Assembly (NCBI GenBank): GCA_031549625.1
Contig: JAVBPK010000116.1
Location: 1-53,037 of the forward strand
Direction: 5' to 3'
DNA: 53,037 nt
DNA from: Eubacteriales bacterium
Lineage (GTDB): Bacteria; Bacillota; Clostridia; Christensenellales; CAG-138
Shown here piece by piece: positions 18,054-27,001 of the stretch (position 1 is the stretch's first letter; each line of letters opens with the position of its first letter). Below the pieces are notes generated by a model that did not search any database, had not been told where the DNA came from, and was given only the letters and a program-made list of their open reading frames with translations. Both the position numbers and the translations under genes were made by a program.

Positions 18054-19121
18054 ATGGCAAAGACGTTAATGAAAGGCTGTGAAGCGATAGCCGAAGCCGC
18101 CATACAGGCGGGTTGCAGATATTTCTTTGGTTATCCCATCACGCCGCAAAACGATATTCCCGAATACATGTCGGCTCGCATGCCCAAGATTCCCGGCGCA
18201 TGCTTCTTGCAGGCGGAGAGCGAAGTGGCCGCCATCAACATGGTATATGGCGCGGCCGGGGCAGGCGCGCGGGTCATGACTTCCTCTTCAAGCCCGGGCA
18301 TCAGCCTAAAATTAGAGGGCATCTCCTATATCGCAGGCGCGGAATTGCCCTGCGTCATTGTAAACATGATGCGCGGCGGCCCTGGGCTTGGTTCCATCCA
18401 GGCGTCACAGGGCGACTATTTCCAGGCCACGAAGGGCGGCGGCCATGGCGACTATCACATGGTCTGCTATGCGCCGGCCTCGGTTCAAGAAGCCATCGAT
18501 ATGATGCAGACGGCCTTTGATGTGGCAGACAAATACCGCACGCCGGTCATGGTATTGGCGGACGGTATCATCGGCCAAATGATGGAACCCGTCGAAATAA
18601 AAGAAAACACCGGCAGCGCGCCCCAAAAAGACTGGGCGACAACAGGCTGGAAGCCGGGCGCGGGCCGCGACCGCAGCGTGGTCAATTCGCTTTATATCGA
18701 AGTAGAAGAGCTCGAAGCCATGACAAACCGCTTGCAGGCCAGGTATAGAGAAATCGAAAAAACGGAAGTGCTCGTAGAGAGCTATAAAACCGAAGGCGCG
18801 GAAATCGTCATCTGTGCCTATGGCACGGTAGCGCGTATCTGCAAAACCGCTATTATGCAGCTTGAAAAAGAGGGCATCAAGGTCGGCCTTGTGCGGCCCA
18901 TTACGATTTGGCCGTTCCCCACGCAGGCGGTGCACGACGCCATCGCCGCGCCAAGCGTTAAAAAGGCGCTGTGCGTGGAAATGAGCGCGGGCCAGTTGAT
19001 TGAAGACGTGAAATTGGCGGTAAATGGCGAAAAGGCGGTCGATTTGCTGGGCCATTCAGGCAGCAGGGTTCCCACAGCCGAAGAAATCGCCGACAGAATA
19101 CGTGAAATGAGGAGGGCTTAA
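18054..19121 (+). CDS. 2-oxoacid:ferredoxin oxidoreductase alpha subunit
   Basis: 355 aa. N-terminal LMKGCEAIAEAAIQAGCRYFFGYPITPQ is typical of KorA/VorB/PorA-type alpha subunits. Strong SD. Substrate cannot be read from the sequence. Confidence 0.88.
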   Translation: MAKTLMKGCEAIAEAAIQAGCRYFFGYPITPQNDIPEYMSARMPKIPGACFLQAESEVAAINMVYGAAGAGARVMTSSSSPGISLKLEGISYIAGAELPCVIVNMMRGGPGLGSIQASQGDYFQATKGGGHGDYHMVCYAPASVQEAIDMMQTAFDVADKYRTPVMVLADGIIGQMMEPVEIKENTGSAPQKDWATTGWKPGAGRDRSVVNSLYIEVEELEAMTNRLQARYREIEKTEVLVESYKTEGAEIVICAYGTVARICKTAIMQLEKEGIKVGLVRPITIWPFPTQAVHDAIAAPSVKKALCVEMSAGQLIEDVKLAVNGEKAVDLLGHSGSRVPTAEEIADRIREMRRA

Positions 19122-19124
19122 TCC

Positions 19125-19862
19125 ATGGCAGTCGTATTTAAAAAGACCTCCGTATTAACGGATACGGTTATGCATTATTGCCCGGGCTGCGGCCATGGCA
19201 TTGTACACAGGTTAGTCGCGGAAGTCATCGAAGAGATGGGCCTGCAAGAGCGCACGGTGGGCGTGGCACCGGTAGGTTGCTCGGTGTTTGCGTATCGCTA
19301 TTTCAACGTCGATATGCAGGAAGCGGCACATGGCCGCGCACCTGCGGCGGCGACGGGCATTAAGCGCGTGCTGGGGCCGGAAAGCCTTGTGTTCACATAC
19401 CAGGGCGACGGCGACTTGGCGTCCATTGGCACAGCCGAAATCGTACAAGCGGCGCATCGCGGCGAAAAGATTACGGCGATATTCATAAATAACGCCATCT
19501 ACGGCATGACAGGCGGCCAAATGGCGCCTACGTCTTTGATCGGCCAAAAGACGACGACTTCGCCATATGGGCGCGACAAAGACCATTGCGGCAACCCCAT
19601 TCGCATGTCGGAAATGCTGGCCACGATCGACGGCGCGGCATACATTGAGCGTACAGCCGTAAACTCCACCGCAAACATCAACAAAACCAAGAAAGCCATC
19701 CGCAACGCGTTTGAAGCGCAAATGGCGGGCAAGGGCTTTTCCATGGTAGAAGTGCTTTCCACCTGCCCCACAAACTGGGGAAAATCTGCGGTAGAATCCA
19801 TGGATTGGCTGGAGAGCGCGATGATCCCGTACTATCCGCTGGGCGTATATAAGGAGGTATAA
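19125..19862 (+). CDS. 2-oxoacid:ferredoxin oxidoreductase beta subunit (TPP-binding)
   Basis: CPGCGHG cluster/TPP region and the GDGD...NN TPP-Mg motif (YQGDGDLASIG...FINNAIYGMTGGQ). Confidence 0.9.
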   Translation: MAVVFKKTSVLTDTVMHYCPGCGHGIVHRLVAEVIEEMGLQERTVGVAPVGCSVFAYRYFNVDMQEAAHGRAPAAATGIKRVLGPESLVFTYQGDGDLASIGTAEIVQAAHRGEKITAIFINNAIYGMTGGQMAPTSLIGQKTTTSPYGRDKDHCGNPIRMSEMLATIDGAAYIERTAVNSTANINKTKKAIRNAFEAQMAGKGFSMVEVLSTCPTNWGKSAVESMDWLESAMIPYYPLGVYKEV

Positions 19863-19864
19863 GC

Positions 19865-20401
19865 ATGTTAGAGCAAAACTTGTTTGCAGGTTTCGGCGGG
19901 CAGGGTGTGCTGCTGATGGGCCAGTTGCTGGCTTATGCGGGCATGCTGGAAGAAAAATTCGTATCATGGCTGCCCTCGTACGGTCCGGAAATGCGCGGCG
20001 GCACGGCAAACTGCAGCGTCAATATCTCCGACGAGCCGGTTGGTTCGCCTGTGGTCAGCAAAGCGACTGCCGTTGTGGCTATGAACAGGCCATCCTTGGA
20101 CAAATTTGAAAGCGCCGTGCAGCCTGGCGGCATGCTGTTCATAAACAGCTCCATCATCGACCGCAAAGCGGAGCGCACAGACATCAACGTATACTATGTG
20201 CCCTGCAACGAGCTGGCGGAAGAGATCGGCAACAGCCGTGTAGCAAACATGGTCATGCTGGGCGCGTATATCGCAAAAACGAAATGCGTGGATATCGAGC
20301 ATGTATTGGATGCGCTGCTGCATAAGCTGGGCGAAAAAAAGGCGAATCTCATCCCTGTCAACCGTGAAGCGCTATTGAAGGGTGCGGCGGCGGTAGAATA
20401 A
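19865..20401 (+). CDS. 2-oxoacid:ferredoxin oxidoreductase gamma subunit
   Basis: 178 aa. FAGFGGQGVLLMGQLLA N-terminus is typical of gamma subunits. SD AAGGAGG. It starts 2 nt after the beta subunit. Confidence 0.88.
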   Translation: MLEQNLFAGFGGQGVLLMGQLLAYAGMLEEKFVSWLPSYGPEMRGGTANCSVNISDEPVGSPVVSKATAVVAMNRPSLDKFESAVQPGGMLFINSSIIDRKAERTDINVYYVPCNELAEEIGNSRVANMVMLGAYIAKTKCVDIEHVLDALLHKLGEKKANLIPVNREALLKGAAAVE

Positions 20402-20428
20402 GCGGAATGGCTTTTCAACGAAGCGGGG

Positions 20429-20459
20429 GGGCCGTATCATTAGCGATACGGCCCTCTTT
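20429..20459 (+). terminator. Intrinsic terminator of the oxidoreductase operon
   Basis: gggccgtatc-attagc-gatacggccc forms a 10-bp stem, followed by tcttta. Confidence 0.65.
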
Positions 20460-20598
20460 ATATAGGCAAAAGAGTGCTTTGGGGAAGCGGAAGAATAGCG
20501 GGCGCTGCGCGAAGAACTTCATAGCGCTCCTTTGTTTGCGGGATGGCAAATATCCATGAAAAATGTTGTAAAAAAGCCGTAAGCAAACGATGGCGCTG

Positions 20599-20627
20599 TT
20601 GACTCCGGCAAGAAGCGCCATTATAAT
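20599..20627 (+). promoter_or_regulatory. SigmaA-type promoter of the hisS-aspS leader
   Basis: TTGACT (20599-20604), 17-nt spacer, TATAAT (20622-20627). Confidence 0.7.
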
Positions 20628-20633
20628 GTACTC

Positions 20634-20870
20634 CATAGGCGATGAGCGGAAGGGTAGCGGGAAGGAAAGCCAGCAGAGAGACGCGGTCCTGTTTTGGGCT
20701 GAAAGCCGCGTTGGGCATATTCCCCCTGTGACAGACACCCGTGAGCCGCCCCGTTGCAAGGTGGGGCCGCAAGCAGGCGTTAATGGCAAGAGTGGCGTTC
20801 TTTCGGAGCGCAAATAGGGTGGTATCGCGGGTCTCCCGTCCCTTTTAGTAAAGGATGGGCGGCTTTTTTT
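20634..20870 (+). promoter_or_regulatory. T-box riboswitch leader (tRNA-sensing transcription attenuator)
   Basis: GCGATGAG...GTGAG K-turn-type base. AGAGAG bulge at 20686-20691. Conserved T-box sequence AAATAGGGTGGTATCGCGG at 20812-20830. This overlaps the 5' arm of a terminator (20831-20863) followed by T7 (20864-20870). The candidate specifier region is GACAGACAC at 20730-20738. Confidence 0.85.
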
Positions 20871-20895
20871 ATTAGCAACATAGTGAGGTAACAAT

Positions 20896-22164
20896 ATGGC
20901 ATTACAAGCGCCAAAAGGCACAAGGGATGTGCTTCCAGAAGAAAGTTACAAGTGGCACTACGTCGAGAAACTGGTGCGTGAAATTTGTGAAAGATACGGC
21001 CTCAAAGAGGGCAGAACTCCTATGTTCGAACATACAGAGCTGTTTTTGCGCGGCGTTGGAGATACAACAGACATCGTGCAAAAAGAAATGTACACTTTTC
21101 AGGATAAAGGCGACCGTTCCATTACGTTAAAGCCTGAAGGTACAGCCGGTATTGTGCGCATGTTTGTGGAAAACAAGCTATATAACGAACCGCAGCCGAC
21201 AAAAATGTACTACTTGTATTGTCCGGTTTTTCGTTATGAGAGGCCGCAGGCGGGGCGGTTACGCGAGCATCACCAGTTTGGGGTGGAAATATTTGGGGCT
21301 ACACGCGCAAGCGCGGATGCGGAAGTCATATTCGTAGCGCTGGAACTATTCCGCCGCGTGGGCGTAAAAGACCTCGTGCTGCATATTAACAGCATCGGCT
21401 GCCCGGAATGCCGCCCTACGTATCATGAAGCGCTGAAATCCTACTTGAGGCAGCGTCACGACGAGCTGTGCGAAACCTGCAAAGACCGCTTCGAGAAGAA
21501 TCCGCTGCGCATTTTGGATTGCAAAGAAGATGCGTGCAAAGCCATTGTAAAGGGCGCGCCCATCATATTGGACTACCTGTGTCCCTCCTGCGCTTCGCAT
21601 ATGGAAGAGTTAAAGCTGTGCCTGGAGGCGATGAACGTGGAGTATGACATCGATCCGCTCATCGTGCGTGGGCTGGACTATTATACAAAAACAGTATTTG
21701 AAATCATCACGACGCATATCGGCTCGCAGGGCACGGTCTGCGGCGGCGGACGTTACGATGGATTGGTGCAGGAGATAGGCGGGCCCTCGGTGCCGGGCGT
21801 AGGGTTTGGTTTGGGCATGGAGCGGCTGCTGTTGGTGGCGCAAAATCAGGGCGTCGAATTGCCGCAGCCCCGCAAATGCGACATATACATCGCCTGCATA
21901 GGGGATGAAGCCTGGAGAAAGGCCTTTGCGCTGACCATGCGGCTGCGCGAAGCCGGGTTGTACGCGGATTGCGACCATGTTGGCCGCAGCGTCAAAGCGC
22001 AATTTAAATATGCGGATAAGCTGGGCGCGCGTTATGTGGCCGTGCTGGGCGAAGATGAATTGCGCGATGGCGTGGCAAAACTAAAAAATATGGCGACTGG
22101 CGAAGAGGCAACTCTGCAATTGTCTGCGGAAGCAATTTCTGCGGCAGTGTCGAGCGAAAATTGA
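20896..22164 (+). CDS. hisS: Histidine--tRNA ligase
   Basis: 422 aa. N-terminus MALQAPKGTRDVLPEE, class II motifs (FRYERPQAGRLREHHQFGVE) and GGGRYDGL are all typical of HisRS. Confidence 0.95.
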   Translation: MALQAPKGTRDVLPEESYKWHYVEKLVREICERYGLKEGRTPMFEHTELFLRGVGDTTDIVQKEMYTFQDKGDRSITLKPEGTAGIVRMFVENKLYNEPQPTKMYYLYCPVFRYERPQAGRLREHHQFGVEIFGATRASADAEVIFVALELFRRVGVKDLVLHINSIGCPECRPTYHEALKSYLRQRHDELCETCKDRFEKNPLRILDCKEDACKAIVKGAPIILDYLCPSCASHMEELKLCLEAMNVEYDIDPLIVRGLDYYTKTVFEIITTHIGSQGTVCGGGRYDGLVQEIGGPSVPGVGFGLGMERLLLVAQNQGVELPQPRKCDIYIACIGDEAWRKAFALTMRLREAGLYADCDHVGRSVKAQFKYADKLGARYVAVLGEDELRDGVAKLKNMATGEEATLQLSAEAISAAVSSEN

Positions 22165-22188
22165 GCGCAAATACAAAAGGAGCAGAGC

Positions 22189-23982
22189 ATGAGCGAATTA
22201 TTGGGCGGATGGAAACGGTCTAAATATTGTGCGGAATTCGAAGAAGCCGATGTGGGGAAGGATGTCATATTGATGGGCTGGGCAAATGCCTGCCGCGATA
22301 TAGGCGCGTTGTTGTTTATAACCCTGCGCGACCGCACGGGCATCATACAAGCCACGTTCGATAGCAGCGAGCTGCCCGCCGATGCGTTTGAGCGCGCGCA
22401 GTCTATACGCGGCGAATTTGTGCTCGCGGTGCGCGGCAAGCTGGCGAAGCGCACGCCGGATATGATAAACACAAAGATGAAAACCGGCGCGCTGGAAGTG
22501 CGCGTTATCGATTTCAAAATATTAAGCGCCGCGAAAACGCCGCCCATTGAAATAGACGACGAAACAAGGACAAACGAGCAAATGCGGCTAAAATACCGCT
22601 ATCTGGATTTGCGGCGTCCGGTCATGCAAAACACGATGCGGCTTCGTCACGAGATTGCGCGTGTGGCGCGCGACTATTTTGCCGGGCAGGGCTTCCTGGA
22701 AATTGAAACACCCATGCTCACAAAAAGCACGCCGGAAGGCGCGCGTGACTATTTGGTGCCGAGCCGTGTGCATCCCGGCAAATTTTACGCCCTGCCGCAA
22801 AGCCCGCAGCAGTTTAAGCAGCTGCTCATGCTGGCAGGGTACGACCGATATATGCAGATTGCGCGTTGTTTTCGCGATGAAGATTTGCGTGCAGACAGGC
22901 AGCCGGAATTCACCCAGATCGACCTGGAGATGTCGTTTGTGGAAGAAAATGACGTCATGAGCATCAACGAGGGCTTTTTGGCGCGCTTGTTTAAAGAGAT
23001 AAAGGGCGTAGATATTTCGTTGCCGCTCAGGCGTCTGACATATGCGGAAGCCATGCGGCGGTACGGCTCAGACAAGCCGGATACGCGCTTTGAGCTGGAA
23101 CTGGCGGATGTAAGCGGCGTGCTGGCGGATGCCGGTTTTCAGGTATTTACGGCGGCGGTAGAAGCGGGTGGCAGCGTGCGCTGCGTTTGCGTGCCCGGCG
23201 GCGCGGAAACATTCAGCCGCAAGGAAATAGACGCGTTGGGTGAATATGTAAAAACATATGGAGCAAAGGGTCTGGCCTGGCTGCACATCAAAGCAGAGGG
23301 CCCACAGGGGCCGGTCGCCAAGTTTTTAGATCCCGAAAAGCTCCGGCAGGCGCTGGATTCAGTGGGCGCAAAAATAGGCGATACGCTCTTTTTTGTGGCG
23401 GATACAAATAAAACGGTGTTTGCGGCGCTGGGCGCGTTGCGTTTGGAATTGGCAAAACGTCTGGGGCTTATCGACGACAGCAGATATGACCTTCTGTGGG
23501 TGACGGATTTCCCTCTCCTAGAGTGGGATGAAGACGCGCAGCGCTTCTTTGCCATGCATCACCCCTTCACGCATCCAAAGGATGAAGACATCGACAAATT
23601 AGAAAGCGATCCGGGGGTTGTGCGCGCAAAGGCATACGATATCGTGCTGAACGGCTCGGAAATAGGCGGAGGCTCCATCAGAATCCATTCTTCCGAGTTG
23701 CAGGAGCGCATGTTTACCGCGCTGGGATTCACGAAAGAAGAGGCATGGAATCGCTTTGGCTTCCTGCTGGAAGCGTTTCGGTACGGCACGCCGCCGCACG
23801 GCGGGCTTGCGTATGGCTTGGACAGATTGGTCATGCTTTTGTCGGGAGCAAGCAGCATTCGGGACGTCATCGCGTTCCCGAAAGTGCAGACGGCATCCTG
23901 TCTCATGACGGAAAGCCCGGATAGCGTAGATGAAAAACAATTGCATGAGCTGCATATTGCGCTGGATTTAGATAAAAAATAA
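22189..23982 (+). CDS. aspS: Aspartate--tRNA ligase
   Basis: 597 aa. OB-fold N-terminus, class IIb core ([25 protein letters not shown]-like [26 protein letters not shown]), GAD insertion and C-terminal GGLAYGLDR. Confidence 0.95.
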   Translation: MSELLGGWKRSKYCAEFEEADVGKDVILMGWANACRDIGALLFITLRDRTGIIQATFDSSELPADAFERAQSIRGEFVLAVRGKLAKRTPDMINTKMKTGALEVRVIDFKILSAAKTPPIEIDDETRTNEQMRLKYRYLDLRRPVMQNTMRLRHEIARVARDYFAGQGFLEIETPMLTKSTPEGARDYLVPSRVHPGKFYALPQSPQQFKQLLMLAGYDRYMQIARCFRDEDLRADRQPEFTQIDLEMSFVEENDVMSINEGFLARLFKEIKGVDISLPLRRLTYAEAMRRYGSDKPDTRFELELADVSGVLADAGFQVFTAAVEAGGSVRCVCVPGGAETFSRKEIDALGEYVKTYGAKGLAWLHIKAEGPQGPVAKFLDPEKLRQALDSVGAKIGDTLFFVADTNKTVFAALGALRLELAKRLGLIDDSRYDLLWVTDFPLLEWDEDAQRFFAMHHPFTHPKDEDIDKLESDPGVVRAKAYDIVLNGSEIGGGSIRIHSSELQERMFTALGFTKEEAWNRFGFLLEAFRYGTPPHGGLAYGLDRLVMLLSGASSIRDVIAFPKVQTASCLMTESPDSVDEKQLHELHIALDLDKK

Positions 23983-24058
23983 GGCAGCAAAGCTTTGGTG
24001 AGCGAAGAGAGCGAAGTATGAGGACAGGTGCGCGGTATCGCGAGGATCTGAAAGGAAC

Positions 24059-24472
24059 GTGAGTATGGAACACGTAGGAAAAGTGATCGATGAACAGGAG
24101 GGCATGGTAACCGTTCGTTTTAGCCGCAGTACGGCATGCGGAAAATGCAACGCGTGCAAGCTGGTGGGAGACAACGATGCCGAGGTGGACGTGGAAAACA
24201 TCCTGAACGCGCAAATAGGCGACTATGTGTGCGTGCAGCTGGGTGCGAAAGGCTTCGTGCAGGCCAGCGTATTGGCTTATGGTGTGCCGCTGGTGTGCTT
24301 TGTGGCGGGAGTTGGTATTGGCAGTATGTTTAGCAACGCTTGGGCGGCTATATTGGGCGCCGCGGGTGTTGGCGTAGGCTTTTTGGGGTTGCGCGTGCTG
24401 GAGCCGCACTTTGCGAAAAAAGATAAATATCGCCCCCGTATGGTAAGCCTGGAACGGGAAGGACAAGTTTAA
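24059..24472 (+). CDS. RseC/MucC-family (SoxR-reducing-system-type) small membrane protein
   Basis: N-terminal beta domain with CGKCNAC, followed by two TM helices (ASVLAYGVPLVCFVAGVGIG..., AAILGAAGVGVGFLGL). The start may be ATG 24065 rather than GTG 24059. Confidence 0.65.
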   Translation: MSMEHVGKVIDEQEGMVTVRFSRSTACGKCNACKLVGDNDAEVDVENILNAQIGDYVCVQLGAKGFVQASVLAYGVPLVCFVAGVGIGSMFSNAWAAILGAAGVGVGFLGLRVLEPHFAKKDKYRPRMVSLEREGQV

Positions 24473-24494
24473 AGAAATGGTGGAGGAAAATAAA

Positions 24495-24812
24495 ATGGAA
24501 GCACTACATTTAACAACAGAAACATTTGACGCGACACTGATCGGGCCGGAGCCCGTGTTGGTAGATTTTTGGGCCACATGGTGCGGGCCGTGCCGTATGA
24601 TCGCGCCGGTCATCGAAGCACTTGCGGAAGAGTACGATGGCAAAGCAAAAATTTGCAAAGTGGATGTAGACGAAAATTCGGCGCTTGCCGAACGGTTTCA
24701 GGTCATGACCATCCCAACCGTTATGATATTCAAAAACGGGCAAATTATTGAAAAATCCATTGGGGCGAAATCAAAAGAAGCATTCATGGAAATGTTGGAC
24801 AAGCACCTGTAA
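24495..24812 (+). CDS. trxA: Thioredoxin
   Basis: The WCGPC active site is within FWATWCGPCRMIAP. 105 aa from ATG 24495 (GGAGGA 7 nt upstream). The listed ORF begins 18 nt earlier. Confidence 0.93.
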   Translation: MEALHLTTETFDATLIGPEPVLVDFWATWCGPCRMIAPVIEALAEEYDGKAKICKVDVDENSALAERFQVMTIPTVMIFKNGQIIEKSIGAKSKEAFMEMLDKHL

Positions 24813-24820
24813 CCGTAAAA

Positions 24821-25912
24821 ATGACGAAGGAAAGAGCGAGCAGGCTCCTGGCCGTTTGTTTGGCATTGTTGCTGATTTGTGGCTGTGCGGCGCCGGCGGC
24901 GGAGCAAGTTTCAACAGGCGGGGCCGCGGAAGAAAAACCGCGGGCTACGCCTGTTGTCGCGCTTTCACCGAAAGCCGAAGAGGCGGCTGCGCCAACGCCA
25001 ACGCCCAGTCCGCAAGAAAGGATCGAAGCGGCTGAGGAGGCGTTTTGGCGCGCCTGCGTGTTCGAAAGCAAAGCCTACGACGCTGTGCCGCTCCTGACGA
25101 TGGCGGAAGTTGTGGCCAGGATCGATATGTGGAACGCGCTGCAAGAAGAATGCCTGGTCACGGCAAAGGCTGCCTTTTTGCAGGCTGGCGCGGTGTGCGG
25201 CGAGGAGTTAGGCGAATTTACATATGAAATGCCAGGCTGGAAGTTTTTTGCCGCCTTGTACCACCGCTTTGAAGAAAAGGCGGCGGAAGCGTTGCGCGGC
25301 ATGTCGGATGTTGCGTTCACGCATGACAAAGCGGGCAAGCTTTGCGCATACTTGCGTGTGGGCGGCGATATTCGCGCGGGGCTAAGCAAGCAGACGCCGG
25401 AACAGGCATTTGGTTTTACGTTGTCGTATTCCTACCTAAATACGATATACGGTGATGAAGGCAACGAAAAGAAGTTTACGCAGTATGCGCTGGAAGAGGA
25501 CTATATCCGAAATCTGCAGGACCCTTTGCCGGGCAGCCATATCAAAAACGGCTGGTATGCGGATCGATCTAAGGGTACGCGCAAGCACACGGGTACGGAC
25601 ATTCGTTCGCCTGAAGATACGCCCATCCTTTCATGCACGGCAGGCGTCGTCTTGTACATCGGTTATAACGAAGGCGCGGGCAATTATGTGGTGGTGCTGG
25701 ATGAAGCGGGCCTGGAGTACCATTATTACCACATGGTGCGCTTGACGGACTTTTTAAAGATGGGCGAACAGGTGGAAAAGGGACAGGTGGTCGGGCATGT
25801 TGGCAATACGGGCAACAGCACGGCGAACCATCTGCATCTGACCATGGTTTCGCCGGAATTTACGTATATCAATCCCTACTATGTGCTGAAAGAAATGCGT
25901 CGTTTGCAGTAG
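24821..25912 (+). CDS. M23-family metallopeptidase lipoprotein
   Basis: Signal peptide and lipobox LLAVCLALLLICGC. C-terminal LytM/M23 zinc motifs HTGTDI and NHLHLT. Confidence 0.85.
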   Translation: MTKERASRLLAVCLALLLICGCAAPAAEQVSTGGAAEEKPRATPVVALSPKAEEAAAPTPTPSPQERIEAAEEAFWRACVFESKAYDAVPLLTMAEVVARIDMWNALQEECLVTAKAAFLQAGAVCGEELGEFTYEMPGWKFFAALYHRFEEKAAEALRGMSDVAFTHDKAGKLCAYLRVGGDIRAGLSKQTPEQAFGFTLSYSYLNTIYGDEGNEKKFTQYALEEDYIRNLQDPLPGSHIKNGWYADRSKGTRKHTGTDIRSPEDTPILSCTAGVVLYIGYNEGAGNYVVVLDEAGLEYHYYHMVRLTDFLKMGEQVEKGQVVGHVGNTGNSTANHLHLTMVSPEFTYINPYYVLKEMRRLQ

Positions 25913-25962
25913 CCCGTGGTTGAGCAAACATCGTGCGGCAGTATGAGAAACAAGGGATAATT

Positions 25963-25989
25963 GGCGGCGATGGGCCGCCGTTGCATTTC
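25963..25989 (+). terminator. Weak terminator-like hairpin after the M23 gene
   Basis: ggcggc-gatgg-gccgcc forms a 6-bp GC stem, followed by gttgcatttc (poor U-tract). Confidence 0.35.
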
Positions 25990-26160
25990 AAGCCGCGGAT
26001 AAGCGTATCACGCAAGGTTTTCAAGCGATTTGGAAAATTTGCTTAAAACTGTAATTATTAAAATTTTATGAAAATAAAGATTTGTGAAGAAAAAGTGATA
26101 TAATACTTACCGGTGCCCGAATGAAGGAAAGAACATTTTTTGAAAGAAGGTTGCATTTAA

Positions 26161-26682
26161 ATGAAGAGGTTTTTTGTTATCATGTTGTGCCTGGCAGTTG
26201 TTTTAGCTGCGGTTGCCTGTGCGGCTCCTACGCCGCCGGCCCCCACGCCGGAACCGGCTCCGGCGGAAACGCCCGCGCCCGTTGAGACGCCCGCGCCCGC
26301 GCCGACACCCGCGGAAACACTGGCCCCCGCGCCTACGGCGGAGCCCGCTGCAGACCCAACGACGGCCCCCACGCTGGATCCTTCTATCGTACCCGGCGTA
26401 GGCCCGTATACCGCGTCAGCGGCCGGTTTCCACGGTAAAGTTGAAGTAACAATCGAGCTGGATGGCAAAAATAAAATCGTATCCGTCAAAGCGGTTGGCC
26501 CTGAAGAGACGGAAGGCGTCGGCTCAGTCGCAATCGAAACCATGCCAAAAGCGATGGTCGAACAGAACAGCATTGAGGTAGATACCGTGTCTGGTTCCAC
26601 CATGACAAGCAACGGCATACTAAATGCGGCAAAAGAAGCGCTTGCGTTGGCGGGCCTTACAAATGCTGACTTGGTAAAATAA
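26161..26682 (+). CDS. FMN-binding-domain lipoprotein (candidate ApbE flavinylation substrate)
   Basis: Signal peptide with lipobox-like LAAVAC. P/A/T/E-rich linker. FMN_bind-type domain carries DTVSGST (codons at 26581-26601), matching the Dxx(S/T)G(A/S)(S/T) flavinylation motif. Confidence 0.8.
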   Translation: MKRFFVIMLCLAVVLAAVACAAPTPPAPTPEPAPAETPAPVETPAPAPTPAETLAPAPTAEPAADPTTAPTLDPSIVPGVGPYTASAAGFHGKVEVTIELDGKNKIVSVKAVGPEETEGVGSVAIETMPKAMVEQNSIEVDTVSGSTMTSNGILNAAKEALALAGLTNADLVK

Positions 26683-26693
26683 TTTCTTAGAGC

Positions 26694-26737
26694 CAAAAAA
26701 AGCGACCGACCTCATTTTGAGGCGGTCGCTTTTTTTG
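26694..26737. terminator. Strong bidirectional intrinsic terminator
   Basis: aaaaaaagcgaccgacctc-atttt-gaggcggtcgcttttttt: a long GC-rich stem with A-run and T-run flanks. Confidence 0.85.
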
Positions 26738-26815
26738 TTTGTATGCAGCTATAACGGTGAGTGATAAATACATGGAAAACGTTTAAAATTCTTATAGATA
26801 TGCATATAACCGACA

Positions 26816-26844
26816 TTGACAAAGATTTGCCAGTACGTTATGGT
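26816..26844 (+). promoter_or_regulatory. SigmaA-type promoter of the flavoprotein reductase gene
   Basis: TTGACA (26816-26821), 17-nt spacer, TATGGT (26839-26844). It leaves a 5' UTR of about 150 nt. Confidence 0.55.
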
Positions 26845-27001
26845 AATAATATATGATTATTGTGAAAATGCATTCTGTAAGGCAAAAAACCTGGTGAATG
26901 TATCCTTGTTGCGAAAGTTTGCGCGCAGCAATACCTTATGCGCGTTTACATAAAAGGCAGAATAATCATGCACGGTAAAAATTCACATTTTAGGAGGAAG
27001 T

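Noticed and set aside
20415-20921. 168-aa minus-strand ORF between the oxidoreductase operon and hisS
   Set aside because: It covers the terminator, promoter and T-box leader, all of which are well supported. It has no SD and a non-protein-like composition.
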